This document shows, in pieces, positions 31,255 to 41,628 of a stretch of 64,000 bases of DNA (its first letter is position 1; every line of letters begins with the position of its first letter). The position numbers and the translations under genes are program-made. Source of the DNA: Caldisphaera sp. (lineage in GTDB: Archaea; Thermoproteota; Thermoprotei_A; Sulfolobales; Acidilobaceae); the NCBI GenBank assembly GCA_049971805.1, contig JBMFKU010000002.1, positions 32,001-96,000 of the forward strand, given 5' to 3'. Under the pieces are notes generated by a model. It was not told the origin of the DNA. It searched no databases and saw nothing but the letters and a program-made list of their open reading frames with translations.

Positions 31255-32460
31255 ATGAGTATTAGCGAAACTTCTTTAGGAATATTAAAAAAATACCCTT
31301 TGTGCAATAGATGCCTAGGAAGGCTATTTGCTAAGCTAGGATATGCATGGTCCAATGAAGAAAGAGGGGAAAGCATAAAGAAAATCATTCTTATGGAATA
31401 TCATAGAAAAATAAGAGATGGGGACGAAAACGCCCTAAATGAATTTAAATTAATAGCTAAAAATATGGGAAAGGTTTCTGAAGAAATATATAAATTATAT
31501 TTTAAAGATAATTTAGAACCTAATAATTGCATCATATGTAATGGTAAGCTTAATGATTTTATTAACACCGCATCGTTAAAAATAATTGAAGAGCTTAATA
31601 GAATGAAAGTGAAAAATTTTCTAATTGGAGTAAGAGTTGACCCAAAAGTATTGGAAATGGAGGACAAAATTAGATCGGAGTTTAAACTTGAATATGGAGA
31701 ATCAATAAAAAATGAAATAAAGAGAGAAATAGGGAAAAAAATTCAATCCTCAAGCCAATTTAAAGTAGATTTTTCTAAACCAGATATAGTAGTGGAAGTC
31801 GCTTTTCCAAAATTATCTATAAGAAATCAAATAAGATCTTTAATTGCTTTGGGAACATATAAAAAAATTGTTAGAGGGGAGTCAATAAAAAAAAGCGATG
31901 CTGAAAAAAAATTAATTAATATTATAGCTAATAAATTTAACGCAGAAGATATCATATTGTATTCGATCGCAAGAGATGAAAAAGATACCAGAGTTATAGG
32001 TGAAGGAATCCACCTAATAATGGAAATCAAGAGAGCAAAAGAAAGAAATATAGATCTACCTACAACTTTTACCAATAAAGGTCTGATAATTACCATAGAA
32101 AGTTTAAATGAAAAATACAAATCATATTTAGATAATAAAGAAAAAATTATGAATAGAATTTATAGATGTCTAATATATTGTGAAAACGATGTCAGCGAAG
32201 ACAATATAAATATTATTAATCAAATAAGAAATAAAATGATAGAACAAAATTTTAATGGGAAAAAAAGACTTGGTACATTAAGAGAAATAAAATGTAATAA
32301 AATATCGAACAATTTAATTGAGTGTTTAATTTTAATTGATGAACAAATATATATAAAAGAATTGATAAATGGCAATAAATCTTTATCTAGCATATCTTTT
32401 CTATTGAACAATAACTGTTCATGCATAGAAAGCGATTTGCTATCCTCTTCACCTTTTTAA
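31255..32460 (+). CDS. pus10: Pus10-like protein with degenerate catalytic motif
   Basis: LCNRCLGRLFA, C..C, ESIKNEIKREIGK, YIKELING; motif reads ARDEKD rather than GREDVD. Confidence 0.8.
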   Translation: MSISETSLGILKKYPLCNRCLGRLFAKLGYAWSNEERGESIKKIILMEYHRKIRDGDENALNEFKLIAKNMGKVSEEIYKLYFKDNLEPNNCIICNGKLNDFINTASLKIIEELNRMKVKNFLIGVRVDPKVLEMEDKIRSEFKLEYGESIKNEIKREIGKKIQSSSQFKVDFSKPDIVVEVAFPKLSIRNQIRSLIALGTYKKIVRGESIKKSDAEKKLINIIANKFNAEDIILYSIARDEKDTRVIGEGIHLIMEIKRAKERNIDLPTTFTNKGLIITIESLNEKYKSYLDNKEKIMNRIYRCLIYCENDVSEDNINIINQIRNKMIEQNFNGKKRLGTLREIKCNKISNNLIECLILIDEQIYIKELINGNKSLSSISFLLNNNCSCIESDLLSSSPF

Positions 32461-32577
32461 ATATCAATACATATTATAAGTTATAATAAAAATATATAAT
32501 AATTTAAACTATAAAATTCAAAATTTACAAAACAATAAAAACTTAAATATTATTACAAAGCAAGGGTAGAAATCGAA

Positions 32578-33882
32578 ATGATAATGCCAAAACAATACCT
32601 TGGCTTGATCATACTAACAATAATTATAGGAGGATTTATTACAAGAGCAAAGATTCCAAAAATTCCTGCCTGGTCAATAATGTCATTTAGTGCATCTTTA
32701 AGCATAATTTTTAAGCTAATTCCTATAAATGATATTAATAATATTGTTGATTGGAATGTGATACTTTTCCTAATAGGTATGTTTAGTCTAGTAAGCATTG
32801 CTGAAGCTTCTGGAATATTAGATTCTATTTCAGCAATAATTTCAAGCTATGCAAAGGGAAAGGTACAACTACTTTATTTATTTTCATTGTTTTTTGGAGT
32901 ACTAGCAGCATTTATGGTAAATGATGCTGTAGCAGTTGTAGGTACATCACTATCGGGTATATTAGCTAAGATTGCAGATCTACCTCTAGAGCCTGTTGCA
33001 ATTTTATTAGCATTTTCAATAACAATAGGCTCTACCATGACACCTCTAGGAAATCCACAAAATATGTTGATTGCAACACAAACAGGAATAAAAGCGCCTC
33101 TAATAACTTTTTTAGCCTATCTTGCTATACCAACTATAATAAACATATTTTTAACTACTTATATAATAACAAAAGTTTATAAGATAAAGAATACTGCTAA
33201 AAAAGAATTTTATTTAGGGGTACCTCAAGAACTTATAAAAAATAAAAGGGATGCATATATAAGCATAACAGCTATTATTATAACAGTATTATTAATATTA
33301 GTTAACGATATCTTAGAATTGGAAAAATTACCTCACATAAATGAAATAGGGATAATACCTTTTACAGTAGCAGCTTTTACTTATATTTTTGTATCGGATG
33401 CAAGAAACATAATATCTAAAGTAAACTGGGGTACTATAATATTTTTTATAACAATGTTTATAGCTACTCAAGGTATATGGAATTCTGGCATACTTTATTT
33501 ACCTTTACATGCAATTTTACCAACAGAAATACATGGACCAAGTAACATATTTAGAATTACATTTGCTTCACTAATATTTAGCCAACTAATAAGCAATGTA
33601 CCCTTTACAAATGTATTTATTATTTATCTGCAACAACTAGGTTATAGTGCTGCAAATTCAATAACATGGACAACCTTAGCAATGAGTACAACCATCGCAG
33701 GAAACTTAACAATACTAGGGGCTGCATCAAATGTTATTATATTAGAGATTTTAGAAACTAAGTTTGGTTCAACTATTTCTTACAGCAAATTTATGAAAAT
33801 AGGTATTCCAATCACTATCCTTAATACATTAGTCTATTTGGCGTTTATAATTCTTTATTCTTTTATGGGAAAGGTATTTTAA
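32578..33882 (+). CDS. ArsB/NhaD/CitMHS-type anion transporter
   Basis: FMVNDA, GSTMTPLGNPQN, SNVP, AGNLTILGAASN. Confidence 0.85.
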   Translation: MIMPKQYLGLIILTIIIGGFITRAKIPKIPAWSIMSFSASLSIIFKLIPINDINNIVDWNVILFLIGMFSLVSIAEASGILDSISAIISSYAKGKVQLLYLFSLFFGVLAAFMVNDAVAVVGTSLSGILAKIADLPLEPVAILLAFSITIGSTMTPLGNPQNMLIATQTGIKAPLITFLAYLAIPTIINIFLTTYIITKVYKIKNTAKKEFYLGVPQELIKNKRDAYISITAIIITVLLILVNDILELEKLPHINEIGIIPFTVAAFTYIFVSDARNIISKVNWGTIIFFITMFIATQGIWNSGILYLPLHAILPTEIHGPSNIFRITFASLIFSQLISNVPFTNVFIIYLQQLGYSAANSITWTTLAMSTTIAGNLTILGAASNVIILEILETKFGSTISYSKFMKIGIPITILNTLVYLAFIILYSFMGKVF

Positions 33883-33944
33883 ACAAAATTTATTGATTTA
33901 CAATCTTAGATATAACCTTTGAAGAAAATGTAAAGTTAATTAAA

Positions 33945-35027
33945 TTATAAGTTCCATACTTTTTTCGATGATAATATATAATTAACTATGAAACCAAATA
34001 TAATTCCTATGAACTGCCCAATTAATGGATAAATTTTTAAGATTTTAGCTAATAGTTCCATAACAAAAAATATAGTTAATCCGCTGGGTGCTACCATAAT
34101 ATGATATCTAAATAGCCTGTACCTTAATAGTCTATTTCTTCTATCTTTAAAAGTCCATAAATCGTTAAATAAAAAATTCGTTAATATGCTACTTTCTATT
34201 CCTAAAGCACTTGAATAATCATAAAACAATCCTAATCTCAAAAACAAATACATAACACCTAAGTTAACCACTGTTCCTGATGCCCCAACGACTGCGAATT
34301 TAATTGGCCTTGAATCTCTTATTGTATGTATAAAAAATTGAAATATTTCTTTAGTGCCTAGCTTGCTCTTTCCCTTATATCTATTTTTAAACACATATGA
34401 AATATCTGAAACCTTTAGGCTTGGGTGAGCATAAAGGATTTCCATCAAAATTTTATATCCAATAGGCTTAACCTTTTCTATATCAACTGATGATCTTTTA
34501 AAAATAAAATAACCTGACATAGGATCTGAAGTTCTATTAGATTCTGGAACCAGCAACTTTGCTAATATAGAAGCTCCCTTGCTTATCAATTTTCTTGTAA
34601 AACTCCATCCTTCTATGCCTCCACCTTTCTTATACCTAGATGCCACAACAACATCATCGTTGTTTTTTAAAGCCTGCTCTAACAGCAATGGTATTAATTC
34701 CGGTGGGTGCTGAAAGTCGGCATCCATAACTATAATATAATCACCTTTTGAAATTTTTATGCCATCTATTATCGCTGATGATAAACCCCTTTTTTCTTTT
34801 CTTAACAGCAGTTTAATGTTGTTATTTTTTCTGGAAATTTCTTCCACTAGTTTATATGTTCCGTCTGGACTATTATCATCAACCACTATGATTTCATAAC
34901 TGTAGCAATCTGATTTTTTCATTATTTCATCGATTCTATTTATTAAAGGTATTATGTTACCAGATTCGTTATATGTTGGCAATACTATCGAAATCTTTGG
35001 CTTTTTATTTATTTGACTTTTTTGCAT
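33945..35027 (-). CDS. Dolichol-phosphate mannosyltransferase (GT2) with GtrA domain
   Basis: VLPTYNE, VDDNSPDGT, MDADFQHPP, DPMSG; GtrA-like TM tail. Confidence 0.9.
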   Translation of the reverse strand: MQKSQINKKPKISIVLPTYNESGNIIPLINRIDEIMKKSDCYSYEIIVVDDNSPDGTYKLVEEISRKNNNIKLLLRKEKRGLSSAIIDGIKISKGDYIIVMDADFQHPPELIPLLLEQALKNNDDVVVASRYKKGGGIEGWSFTRKLISKGASILAKLLVPESNRTSDPMSGYFIFKRSSVDIEKVKPIGYKILMEILYAHPSLKVSDISYVFKNRYKGKSKLGTKEIFQFFIHTIRDSRPIKFAVVGASGTVVNLGVMYLFLRLGLFYDYSSALGIESSILTNFLFNDLWTFKDRRNRLLRYRLFRYHIMVAPSGLTIFFVMELLAKILKIYPLIGQFIGIIFGFIVNYILSSKKVWNL

Positions 35028-35160
35028 TATCTCTAACCCTCAATAATTAAATTAGAAATTAATATTATATTTTTGCTTTTAGCCATTATAGCATCTAGTT
35101 CATTTTTACCTATACTAATGCTAATATCTTCTAGATATAATCTAAAAAATGCGAGGAAAA

Positions 35161-35916
35161 ATGTCACTGAGCCTAGAAAAACTGAAAATACTAAATAGAT
35201 TACCAGTGCTAGTTCATGAAAAAAGTAATTCGGCAATAATTAGCGATATCCATCTTGGATATGAAGATGCTATGGCTAGTCAAGGAATATATTTACCTAG
35301 GTTGCAGTTAAAGAGAGCAAAAAATATTATTAATGAAATTTTAAGTCAGGGTTTTACCAAAATAGTAATAGCAGGCGACTTAAAGCATGTTTTTGAAAAA
35401 CTTACAAGGCAGGAAAGGGCAGAGATCTTAGAGCTTATTAGTTCATCGGTAAGAAATAAGGCAAAAGAAATAATTTTAGTTAAAGGAAATCATGATACAT
35501 TTATAGGAAACTTACTAAAAGACATAGGAATAGATGTTATAGATGATTATTTAGATTTAGGAGATGGAATATATATAACTCATGGCCATAAACTAATCGA
35601 TGAAATAAAAAATTCCCAATTTGTTATAATGGGACATGAACATCCAAGCATAGAAATAAGCTTATCGGGAAGTAAAGTAAGACTACAATCATTATTAAAA
35701 ATGCCATTAAAAGGGGGTTCAACAGCTCTGATATTGCCAGCTATTGGATTGTATCAAACTGGAACTGTTCTAAATTTAGATAAGTCTTCTTATTTATCGC
35801 CAATCAGTAGAGATTTAGGTATAATTGAAGAATCAATACCAATAATCATTGATAAAGAAATAGGTTTAATTGAGCTTCCACAATTAGGCTTGCTTTTTAA
35901 TGCAAAAAATAAATAA
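35161..35916 (+). CDS. Metallophosphoesterase (ICC-like, Lhr-associated type)
   Basis: SDIHLGYE, AGDLKH, KGNHD, HGH, GHEHP. Confidence 0.85.
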   Translation: MSLSLEKLKILNRLPVLVHEKSNSAIISDIHLGYEDAMASQGIYLPRLQLKRAKNIINEILSQGFTKIVIAGDLKHVFEKLTRQERAEILELISSSVRNKAKEIILVKGNHDTFIGNLLKDIGIDVIDDYLDLGDGIYITHGHKLIDEIKNSQFVIMGHEHPSIEISLSGSKVRLQSLLKMPLKGGSTALILPAIGLYQTGTVLNLDKSSYLSPISRDLGIIEESIPIIIDKEIGLIELPQLGLLFNAKNK

Positions 35917-35917
35917 T

Positions 35918-36553
35918 TTAAGATTCTTCTTTTATACAAGAATTATTCTTTAAAATATCGTAGATGCCAAACACTGCATCATCTACTTCGCTCTCTCTCT
36001 TTGCTCCAGTTATAACCATTTTTCCACTACTGAATATCAATAAAACAACTCTTGGTTTTTCCATTCTATATATTAAACCTGGGAATTGCTCTGGTTCATA
36101 CATACTTTTAGGTAGAGTAAAAGCTGCCTTTTCTAAATCAACTACTACGTTTAAATTTGCAGATGCTACTATGTTTTGTATTTGAATTTGAGGCTTCCCC
36201 TGCATAGGAACTCCTTTAACCATAAGCTTTTTGAGTATTGTCTTAACAGCCCAAACTAATTGTTTAACGCTTTTAGCTCCAGTAACAACCATTTTTCCCG
36301 ATTTAAATATAAGAGCTGTAATCTTAGGGCTTTGCAATCTATAAACTAAACCTGGGAATTGATCTGGATTATAATCTACATCTGGTATTCTAGTTTCAAT
36401 TAAGTTCAAATCCAATGGAGTATCTAATATTACAGTTGCCACTATATTTTCTATTTTAACAGTTGGTTTATTACCTTCTTCCATTTTTGGTAATTTAGCT
36501 TCCTCTTCAGAGAAACTTTCATTTTCTTCGTCTTTTCTTTCCAAAATCATCAC
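35918..36553 (-). CDS. tbp: TATA-box binding protein
   Basis: Two TBP repeats: [15 protein letters not shown] and [15 protein letters not shown]. Confidence 0.97.
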   Translation of the reverse strand: MMILERKDEENESFSEEEAKLPKMEEGNKPTVKIENIVATVILDTPLDLNLIETRIPDVDYNPDQFPGLVYRLQSPKITALIFKSGKMVVTGAKSVKQLVWAVKTILKKLMVKGVPMQGKPQIQIQNIVASANLNVVVDLEKAAFTLPKSMYEPEQFPGLIYRMEKPRVVLLIFSSGKMVITGAKRESEVDDAVFGIYDILKNNSCIKEES

Positions 36554-36722
36554 CTGCTTTTAAACTCACTTATTTAAATCAATTTAGAAATATATAAACC
36601 TTTTTAAACCATTTTTAAACTAAAGAGAGCGAAAACTATTTAATAAAATTTTAAATGTATCAAGATGTAAGTGCTATGCTTATGAATAAGATTTCAATAT
36701 TTTTATTGATTGTTTTTAAGAA

Positions 36723-36795
36723 CGCCGGGGGAGGGACTCGAACCCTCGACCGCCCGGTTAACAGCCGGGCGCTCTACCAGCTGAGCTACCCCGGC
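36723..36795 (-). tRNA. tRNA-Asn(GTT)
   Basis: Reverse complement GCCGGGGTAGCTCAG..CCCGG-CT GTT AA-CCGGG..GTTCGAGTC, G73. Confidence 0.97.
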
Positions 36796-36882
36796 AGAGC
36801 CAGAAGAATTTATAAGATATTTGGGTTTAAAGCATTTACTAATTGTTACCTAAAGAATAAATTTAAAAAGAGCATAAATACA

Positions 36883-37092
36883 TTAACTTAAAATCTTTTC
36901 TACCTTACCTAATATTTCTGCCCTTCCACCCGTAGATTTAATTAATAACGTTCCGCATGATAAACATCTAGCTGGAAATGTAGCATGACTGAAAATAACT
37001 TGCTTATGACCACAATTCGGGCATTCAACTATTAAAAATCGGCTCCTTGGCTGTGGTACCAATATCTTTCTTCTCTTATTATTCGCTGGCAT
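36883..37092 (-). CDS. rps27e: 30S ribosomal protein S27e
   Basis: PRSRFL..CPNCG..FSHA..CLSCG..TGGRA. Confidence 0.96.
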   Translation of the reverse strand: MPANNKRRKILVPQPRSRFLIVECPNCGHKQVIFSHATFPARCLSCGTLLIKSTGGRAEILGKVEKILS

Positions 37093-37098
37093 AAACTA

Positions 37099-37386
37099 TC
37101 ACCTTGATGGTTCTACTAATTCTATTTTCTTCAATCTAATGCCTAATATTGTTCTCTTATATCCACATTTACTGCACGTTAAAAGCAAAGTAACCTTTTT
37201 TGTTGTCTTTGCAAACCTTTTTTGTTCTGGTTTTCTTTTACTCCCATAACCTTTATTTTTTCTAATATATCTTCTCTGTCCTTCTGATAGGGTTCTTCTT
37301 TTACCAGATTTATATATAGATACAGTATGTTCTGTATGTTCATTACACCTTGGGCAATATGCTCTAATTTTCTTTGGAAACTTCAA
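37099..37386 (-). CDS. rpl44e: 50S ribosomal protein L44e
   Basis: [26 protein letters not shown]. Confidence 0.96.
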   Translation of the reverse strand: MKFPKKIRAYCPRCNEHTEHTVSIYKSGKRRTLSEGQRRYIRKNKGYGSKRKPEQKRFAKTTKKVTLLLTCSKCGYKRTILGIRLKKIELVEPSR

Positions 37387-37482
37387 TTCTTCTCACTCTC
37401 ACTATCCTATATTGGCATATAGGAAACTCCTTATTAACTTTTATTCTTCTTTGAAATGATCTATTTTAAGATAACAAGGTTT

Positions 37483-37959
37483 TCATCTTTTTGCAATCAT
37501 ATGGCTTGACAAACTCTTTATTAAGCTCACATTCCCTAAAGCTGATAATAGTATTGCCTCCTCTAATAAAACTAAAGTCATTTCACCTCTCTCTATAAAC
37601 TTATTGTTTAATAAAATAAGATCTTTATTGGCTTTAACCAATACATACTCACCAAAAGATATAATTTCTCCAGAAAGGTAAGATGCATAATCAGACTTAA
37701 TTTTATTTAATTTTGCAAAGAATTCTCTGTCAATTCCTTTATAATCCTCATAATTAATATCCTCTATCCTCATTTCAGCTATATAATTAGATAACTCATA
37801 AATAATTTCATAAAATTTTTCGCACAATTTATTATCATTAGAACAATATAGACCCCATAGCCTTCTTGAATCCCTTATGCTATCTGCATTAACTTGCTCA
37901 TGAAGTCCAATTGCAGCCCTGAATGGGCCACCAACCGGTATTCTTTCTGACAACCACAT
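37483..37959 (-). CDS. GINS15-like replication protein
   Basis: Position in the conserved PCNA-PriS-GINS15-L44e-S27e string; helical N-terminus and beta C-terminus. Confidence 0.6.
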   Translation of the reverse strand: MWLSERIPVGGPFRAAIGLHEQVNADSIRDSRRLWGLYCSNDNKLCEKFYEIIYELSNYIAEMRIEDINYEDYKGIDREFFAKLNKIKSDYASYLSGEIISFGEYVLVKANKDLILLNNKFIERGEMTLVLLEEAILLSALGNVSLIKSLSSHMIAKR

Positions 37960-38974
37960 CTCCTCCTATAACATTAATATACTTTTTTGTAAATAAAAAT
38001 ATAGCTAATTGTGCTGGCAAGTTTAAATCTTCTTTTTCTTTAAATGATACCTTCTGACCCAAAATTTTCATTTCATTCAATTCTTTTTCTGCCTTTACAT
38101 CCAAATTTCCTGAAAATGGAGATAACCATTTGCCCATCTTAAATTCTCCACATATAGGAACTACCAACAAAGAAGCCTTTCCGTTTAATGTACCTGGAAT
38201 TCTGGTTAATCTACTTGGATCCTGAGTAACCATAATATCAATATCAACCTTTATTGATTTCACTATATTAATTATATCTTCTCCATCAAATTCATCTTTT
38301 AATCCGTTTCTTGCTATTAAGCCTCTCCAGCCTGGATCATCTTTGTTAGGCTTTGCTGCTTTCCCAGCTTTACTTGATTTTGGAAAAATTAAATCTAAAT
38401 CAATGCCCTGAGCAGCAATAAAGTTTGCTATTTCGATTCTTTCGTCCTTGCCTAGTTGTTTGCAATAATCACAAAAACCTCTAACATGGTATCCTCTATT
38501 TCCTGTAAAATATATTTGAGTATAACCACCTAAGAAGTTATCGACTATAAGAGATATAGTGTTTACATACTTTATTCCATTTTCAATACATTCGTCATCT
38601 GCTATATCCTCTACAATTTTGCAATCCTTCATATGATCGAGATCTAAATCAAATAACAGGTCTGAGCCTCTCCAGCCTTTCTCTTCCATAGTAGATGCTT
38701 CCGGTAAATCATAAACTGCTATAGAATAATAGACCTGCTTAGGTACATTTTTTGTTAAATATTCTAAAAATTTTCTTTCATTATCGAAGGAGATGTGTCT
38801 AACATAGCTTGTGGATTCAAACAACTGAAATGCAAATTCTCTATTTTTAATATCCTTTGGTAGTATAAGAGGAGGATTTAGGCTATAGTATTCTTTATAA
38901 AGGTATTTTAATGATTCATTACCCCATTTTTTTAATTTAATCTCTTTAGCTTCATTCAATTCTTGGTGAGACAT
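37898..38974 (-). CDS. priS: DNA primase small subunit
   Basis: REFAFQ, DLLFDLDLDH, FTGNRGYH, RLTRIPGTLNGK. Confidence 0.93.
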   Translation of the reverse strand: MSHQELNEAKEIKLKKWGNESLKYLYKEYYSLNPPLILPKDIKNREFAFQLFESTSYVRHISFDNERKFLEYLTKNVPKQVYYSIAVYDLPEASTMEEKGWRGSDLLFDLDLDHMKDCKIVEDIADDECIENGIKYVNTISLIVDNFLGGYTQIYFTGNRGYHVRGFCDYCKQLGKDERIEIANFIAAQGIDLDLIFPKSSKAGKAAKPNKDDPGWRGLIARNGLKDEFDGEDIINIVKSIKVDIDIMVTQDPSRLTRIPGTLNGKASLLVVPICGEFKMGKWLSPFSGNLDVKAEKELNEMKILGQKVSFKEKEDLNLPAQLAIFLFTKKYINVIGGDVVVRKNTGWWPIQGCNWTS

Positions 38975-39698
38975 ACGTTGTCAGCCTACCACCGCTTTGA
39001 TATTCCATATCAATCCTAATGGGCGCATCTTGAGAATATTGTAAGGAAATTAGATCTGCCTCTTTGGCTGCAAGTAAAATATCTGAAAAATATTCTACAC
39101 TATATGTCGATGAATCGGGAGAATCTATTACTAGCTCTATTAAATTCTGCTTTTCCATGGACAGCTCTATCTCTGCACTTTCTATATCTCCCTTACCAGT
39201 AATAATTAACTTATTTTCCTCTTCATTTGCAGTTATTGTTAAAGAATCTGCTATCGATTCTATATCGCTAACAAAGTCAATAAAAACATTATTAGATAGC
39301 TTAGCCTTAACATTAAAGGTTATTTTTGGTTCTGGTAATTTTTCTTGGCTTAAGCTTATTAACGGTATCTTAAAAATTCTTTCTCCTCTACCAACATATC
39401 TAAGCATTAATGAATTTTCATCAGATATCAATTCAAGTTCATCATTTTTTTCTGCCCTTTTCAATACATCGCTTAATACTGAAAATGATATACCTAAATT
39501 TTCTTCTTCTCCATTAATGCTGAATTCATCAAATGCGGATTTGGGATAATAGAAATCAATCATAATAACTCTTGACGTATCTAACGCCCTTAGTGACAAT
39601 CCATTATTATTTATATTAAACACTCCTTCATCTATTATCTTTTCAATAGAACCCATTATGTATCTCCAAACTTTTGGCTCTTTAAATCTTAACTTCAT
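38952..39698 (-). CDS. pcn: DNA sliding clamp PCNA
   Basis: LRALDTSRVIMID, YSVEYF, YVSPR. Confidence 0.93.
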   Translation of the reverse strand: MKLRFKEPKVWRYIMGSIEKIIDEGVFNINNNGLSLRALDTSRVIMIDFYYPKSAFDEFSINGEEENLGISFSVLSDVLKRAEKNDELELISDENSLMLRYVGRGERIFKIPLISLSQEKLPEPKITFNVKAKLSNNVFIDFVSDIESIADSLTITANEEENKLIITGKGDIESAEIELSMEKQNLIELVIDSPDSSTYSVEYFSDILLAAKEADLISLQYSQDAPIRIDMEYQSGGRLTTYVSPRIE

Positions 39699-39767
39699 GA
39701 TCTTTCACCAAATATAAATTATACAATCCTCTAATTTAGATTTTATATTTTAAACTAAAAAACTTAA

Positions 39768-39959
39768 TTACTCTTTTCCAATTACATGTTTAAAACTCTT
39801 AACTTCATATTTTATCATATATCTATAAGCAACAAACCTGTCTTGAGGACTAAACTTTGGAGGATGTGGTACTTTTACCATACCCCCGCAATAAGGACAT
39901 CTCTCTTGGTTTAATGTATATTTGCCACAAACAGTGCACTTTCTGAGCAACCATCTCAT
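39768..39959 (-). CDS. nop10: H/ACA RNP protein Nop10
   Basis: CTVCGKYTL..CPYCG..PHPPKFSPQDRF. Confidence 0.95.
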   Translation of the reverse strand: MRWLLRKCTVCGKYTLNQERCPYCGGMVKVPHPPKFSPQDRFVAYRYMIKYEVKSFKHVIGKE

Positions 39960-39962
39960 TAT

Positions 39963-40766
39963 TTATCCCTTTAGTCTTTCTAATGAATATTCTAGCTTTA
40001 AATCTTTAGCCAACTTCTCCGCTTTACTGCCTATTTTCCCCATAATGTTTTCTAAGGTTTTGTAATCAGGACCTATCAAATCTATCCTGTATTTAGGAGC
40101 TCCTATTGTATAAATCTTAGCATCTATGCCATTAAACTTCTTCACTTCTTCCTTTATGCTAATTAAGGTTTTCTTTATTTTCTCTATCCCATCAGGATTA
40201 TTTGACCTAAGGGTTATCACACCGCTTATTTCTACATGCTTAACTTCAATGTATTTTTTAGCTAAATCTGTTAAAACGCTTATCCATTCATCAGATATCT
40301 TTGCCTTTTTTAATAAATCTATCGAATCTGAGGCAGCAGCTTCGAGACCTGTCATAGAATCGCCAAAATAATCTTCTAATTTCCAAATAACCTCTTTATA
40401 TGCATCGTCTTCAGTCTTATTAAGTTGTTTGGCAGCCATTAAAATTAAGTTGACTGCTTTTAGTGTCCTTTTCCAATACATCATTTTTCTTTTTCTTTCA
40501 TTATCGCTAACTCTCTTTAAACTTACATCTACTTGACCTTTATTCCTATATACTCTTATTACCTTCACGGCAAGCTTTTGATTTTCTTTTATTACATTGT
40601 TTATATTTTTTACTGCCCTACTTGCTACTTCACTCCAAGGCAAAAAAGCTCTCAAATTATTATATTCATCTATAATCATATATGCACCAAAATCATGAAC
40701 TTCTTTTATTGTTCCGACAACTATCTCTCCTGTATCTGGTAATTCCTTTCTATTTTTTAGAGCCAA
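39963..40766 (-). CDS. eif2a: Translation initiation factor 2 alpha subunit
   Basis: S1 domain LPWSEV, VDVSLKRV, IGAPKYRI. Confidence 0.95.
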   Translation of the reverse strand: MALKNRKELPDTGEIVVGTIKEVHDFGAYMIIDEYNNLRAFLPWSEVASRAVKNINNVIKENQKLAVKVIRVYRNKGQVDVSLKRVSDNERKRKMMYWKRTLKAVNLILMAAKQLNKTEDDAYKEVIWKLEDYFGDSMTGLEAAASDSIDLLKKAKISDEWISVLTDLAKKYIEVKHVEISGVITLRSNNPDGIEKIKKTLISIKEEVKKFNGIDAKIYTIGAPKYRIDLIGPDYKTLENIMGKIGSKAEKLAKDLKLEYSLERLKG

Positions 40767-40884
40767 TCTAATCCCCCAGTTTATGTTAAATAAGGAGGCT
40801 AATGAATTTTTATTTTGCTTACAATCTTTATTTTAAATAAAGATTAAAAGCTTTATCTATTTAAAGAATAATAAGGGGTTTAAA

Positions 40885-41253
40885 TTGAAGAGCAACTACA
40901 TAAGCATTGAAAATAATAAAGTCATAGTTTATGGAATAGGAAGGCCAAAGGATTTGTATTTGCCAGGTGAAATTATGGACTGGATAGGTAAAAGCAAAAA
41001 TATAAATAGAATAATATCCTTACTTTTCACCCATAGTAAATTCAAGACAAGACTATCGAATCCTAATGCTATTAGAAGTCTAATGCTATATCTTTTTGCT
41101 AGAAAATATAATATTGCACCATATTTAATTGCTAGAAAATATAATATTGCACCCGAACAACTTTACAGGATAGAAAGGGGATTAAAGAAGGATAAATTAT
41201 ATAATGATGTAATAATACTATTAGATTTGGATGAAAATTTCATTAGCTCCTAA
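40885..41253 (+). CDS. Hypothetical protein with HTH-like C-terminus
   Basis: Clean ORF with GGGG SD; IARKYNIAPEQLYRIE. Confidence 0.7.
   Translation: MKSNYISIENNKVIVYGIGRPKDLYLPGEIMDWIGKSKNINRIISLLFTHSKFKTRLSNPNAIRSLMLYLFARKYNIAPYLIARKYNIAPEQLYRIERGLKKDKLYNDVIILLDLDENFISS
41096..41153 (+). repeat. Perfect 25-nt direct repeat, period 33, inside CDS
   Basis: TTGCTAGAAAATATAATATTGCACC at 41096 and 41129. Confidence 0.9.
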
Positions 41254-41343
41254 TAAAAATAGAAAACATCTAAGCAATGAAGGCCAGAAATAATTTTGAT
41301 ATATTTAAATATAAAAACCGCCGGATAGATAATTAAACTAGGG

Positions 41344-41628
41344 ATGAAAATTTCCATAGCTATAGTTATTGATGAAAATGATAACGTAGCTACGCTCTTA
41401 AATGATGTAAAAAATGGAGATATAATAATTCTTCATGGCGCACAAAAAGGTGAATTAAAAGCTGAGGATGACATACCAAAAGGACATAAAATAGCAATTT
41501 TTGACATACCAAAAGGTGGATATGTAATTAAATATGGCGAAGTTATAGGAATTGCTACAGCACAAATAAAGAAAGGCCAACATGTGCATGTGCATAACTT
41601 AGATAGCTTAAGGGGGAAAGTGTTATGA
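41344..41628 (+). CDS. UxaA-family dehydratase small (SAF) subunit
   Basis: DNVAT, IPKGHKIA, VIKYGEVIG, HVHVHN. Confidence 0.9.
   Translation: MKISIAIVIDENDNVATLLNDVKNGDIIILHGAQKGELKAEDDIPKGHKIAIFDIPKGGYVIKYGEVIGIATAQIKKGQHVHVHNLDSLRGKVL

Noticed and set aside
37898-37959. 62-nt overlap between priS and the GINS15-like gene (similar overlap at 8459-8520)
   Set aside because: Same-strand overlaps are common in compact archaeal operons, and the start positions are uncertain.
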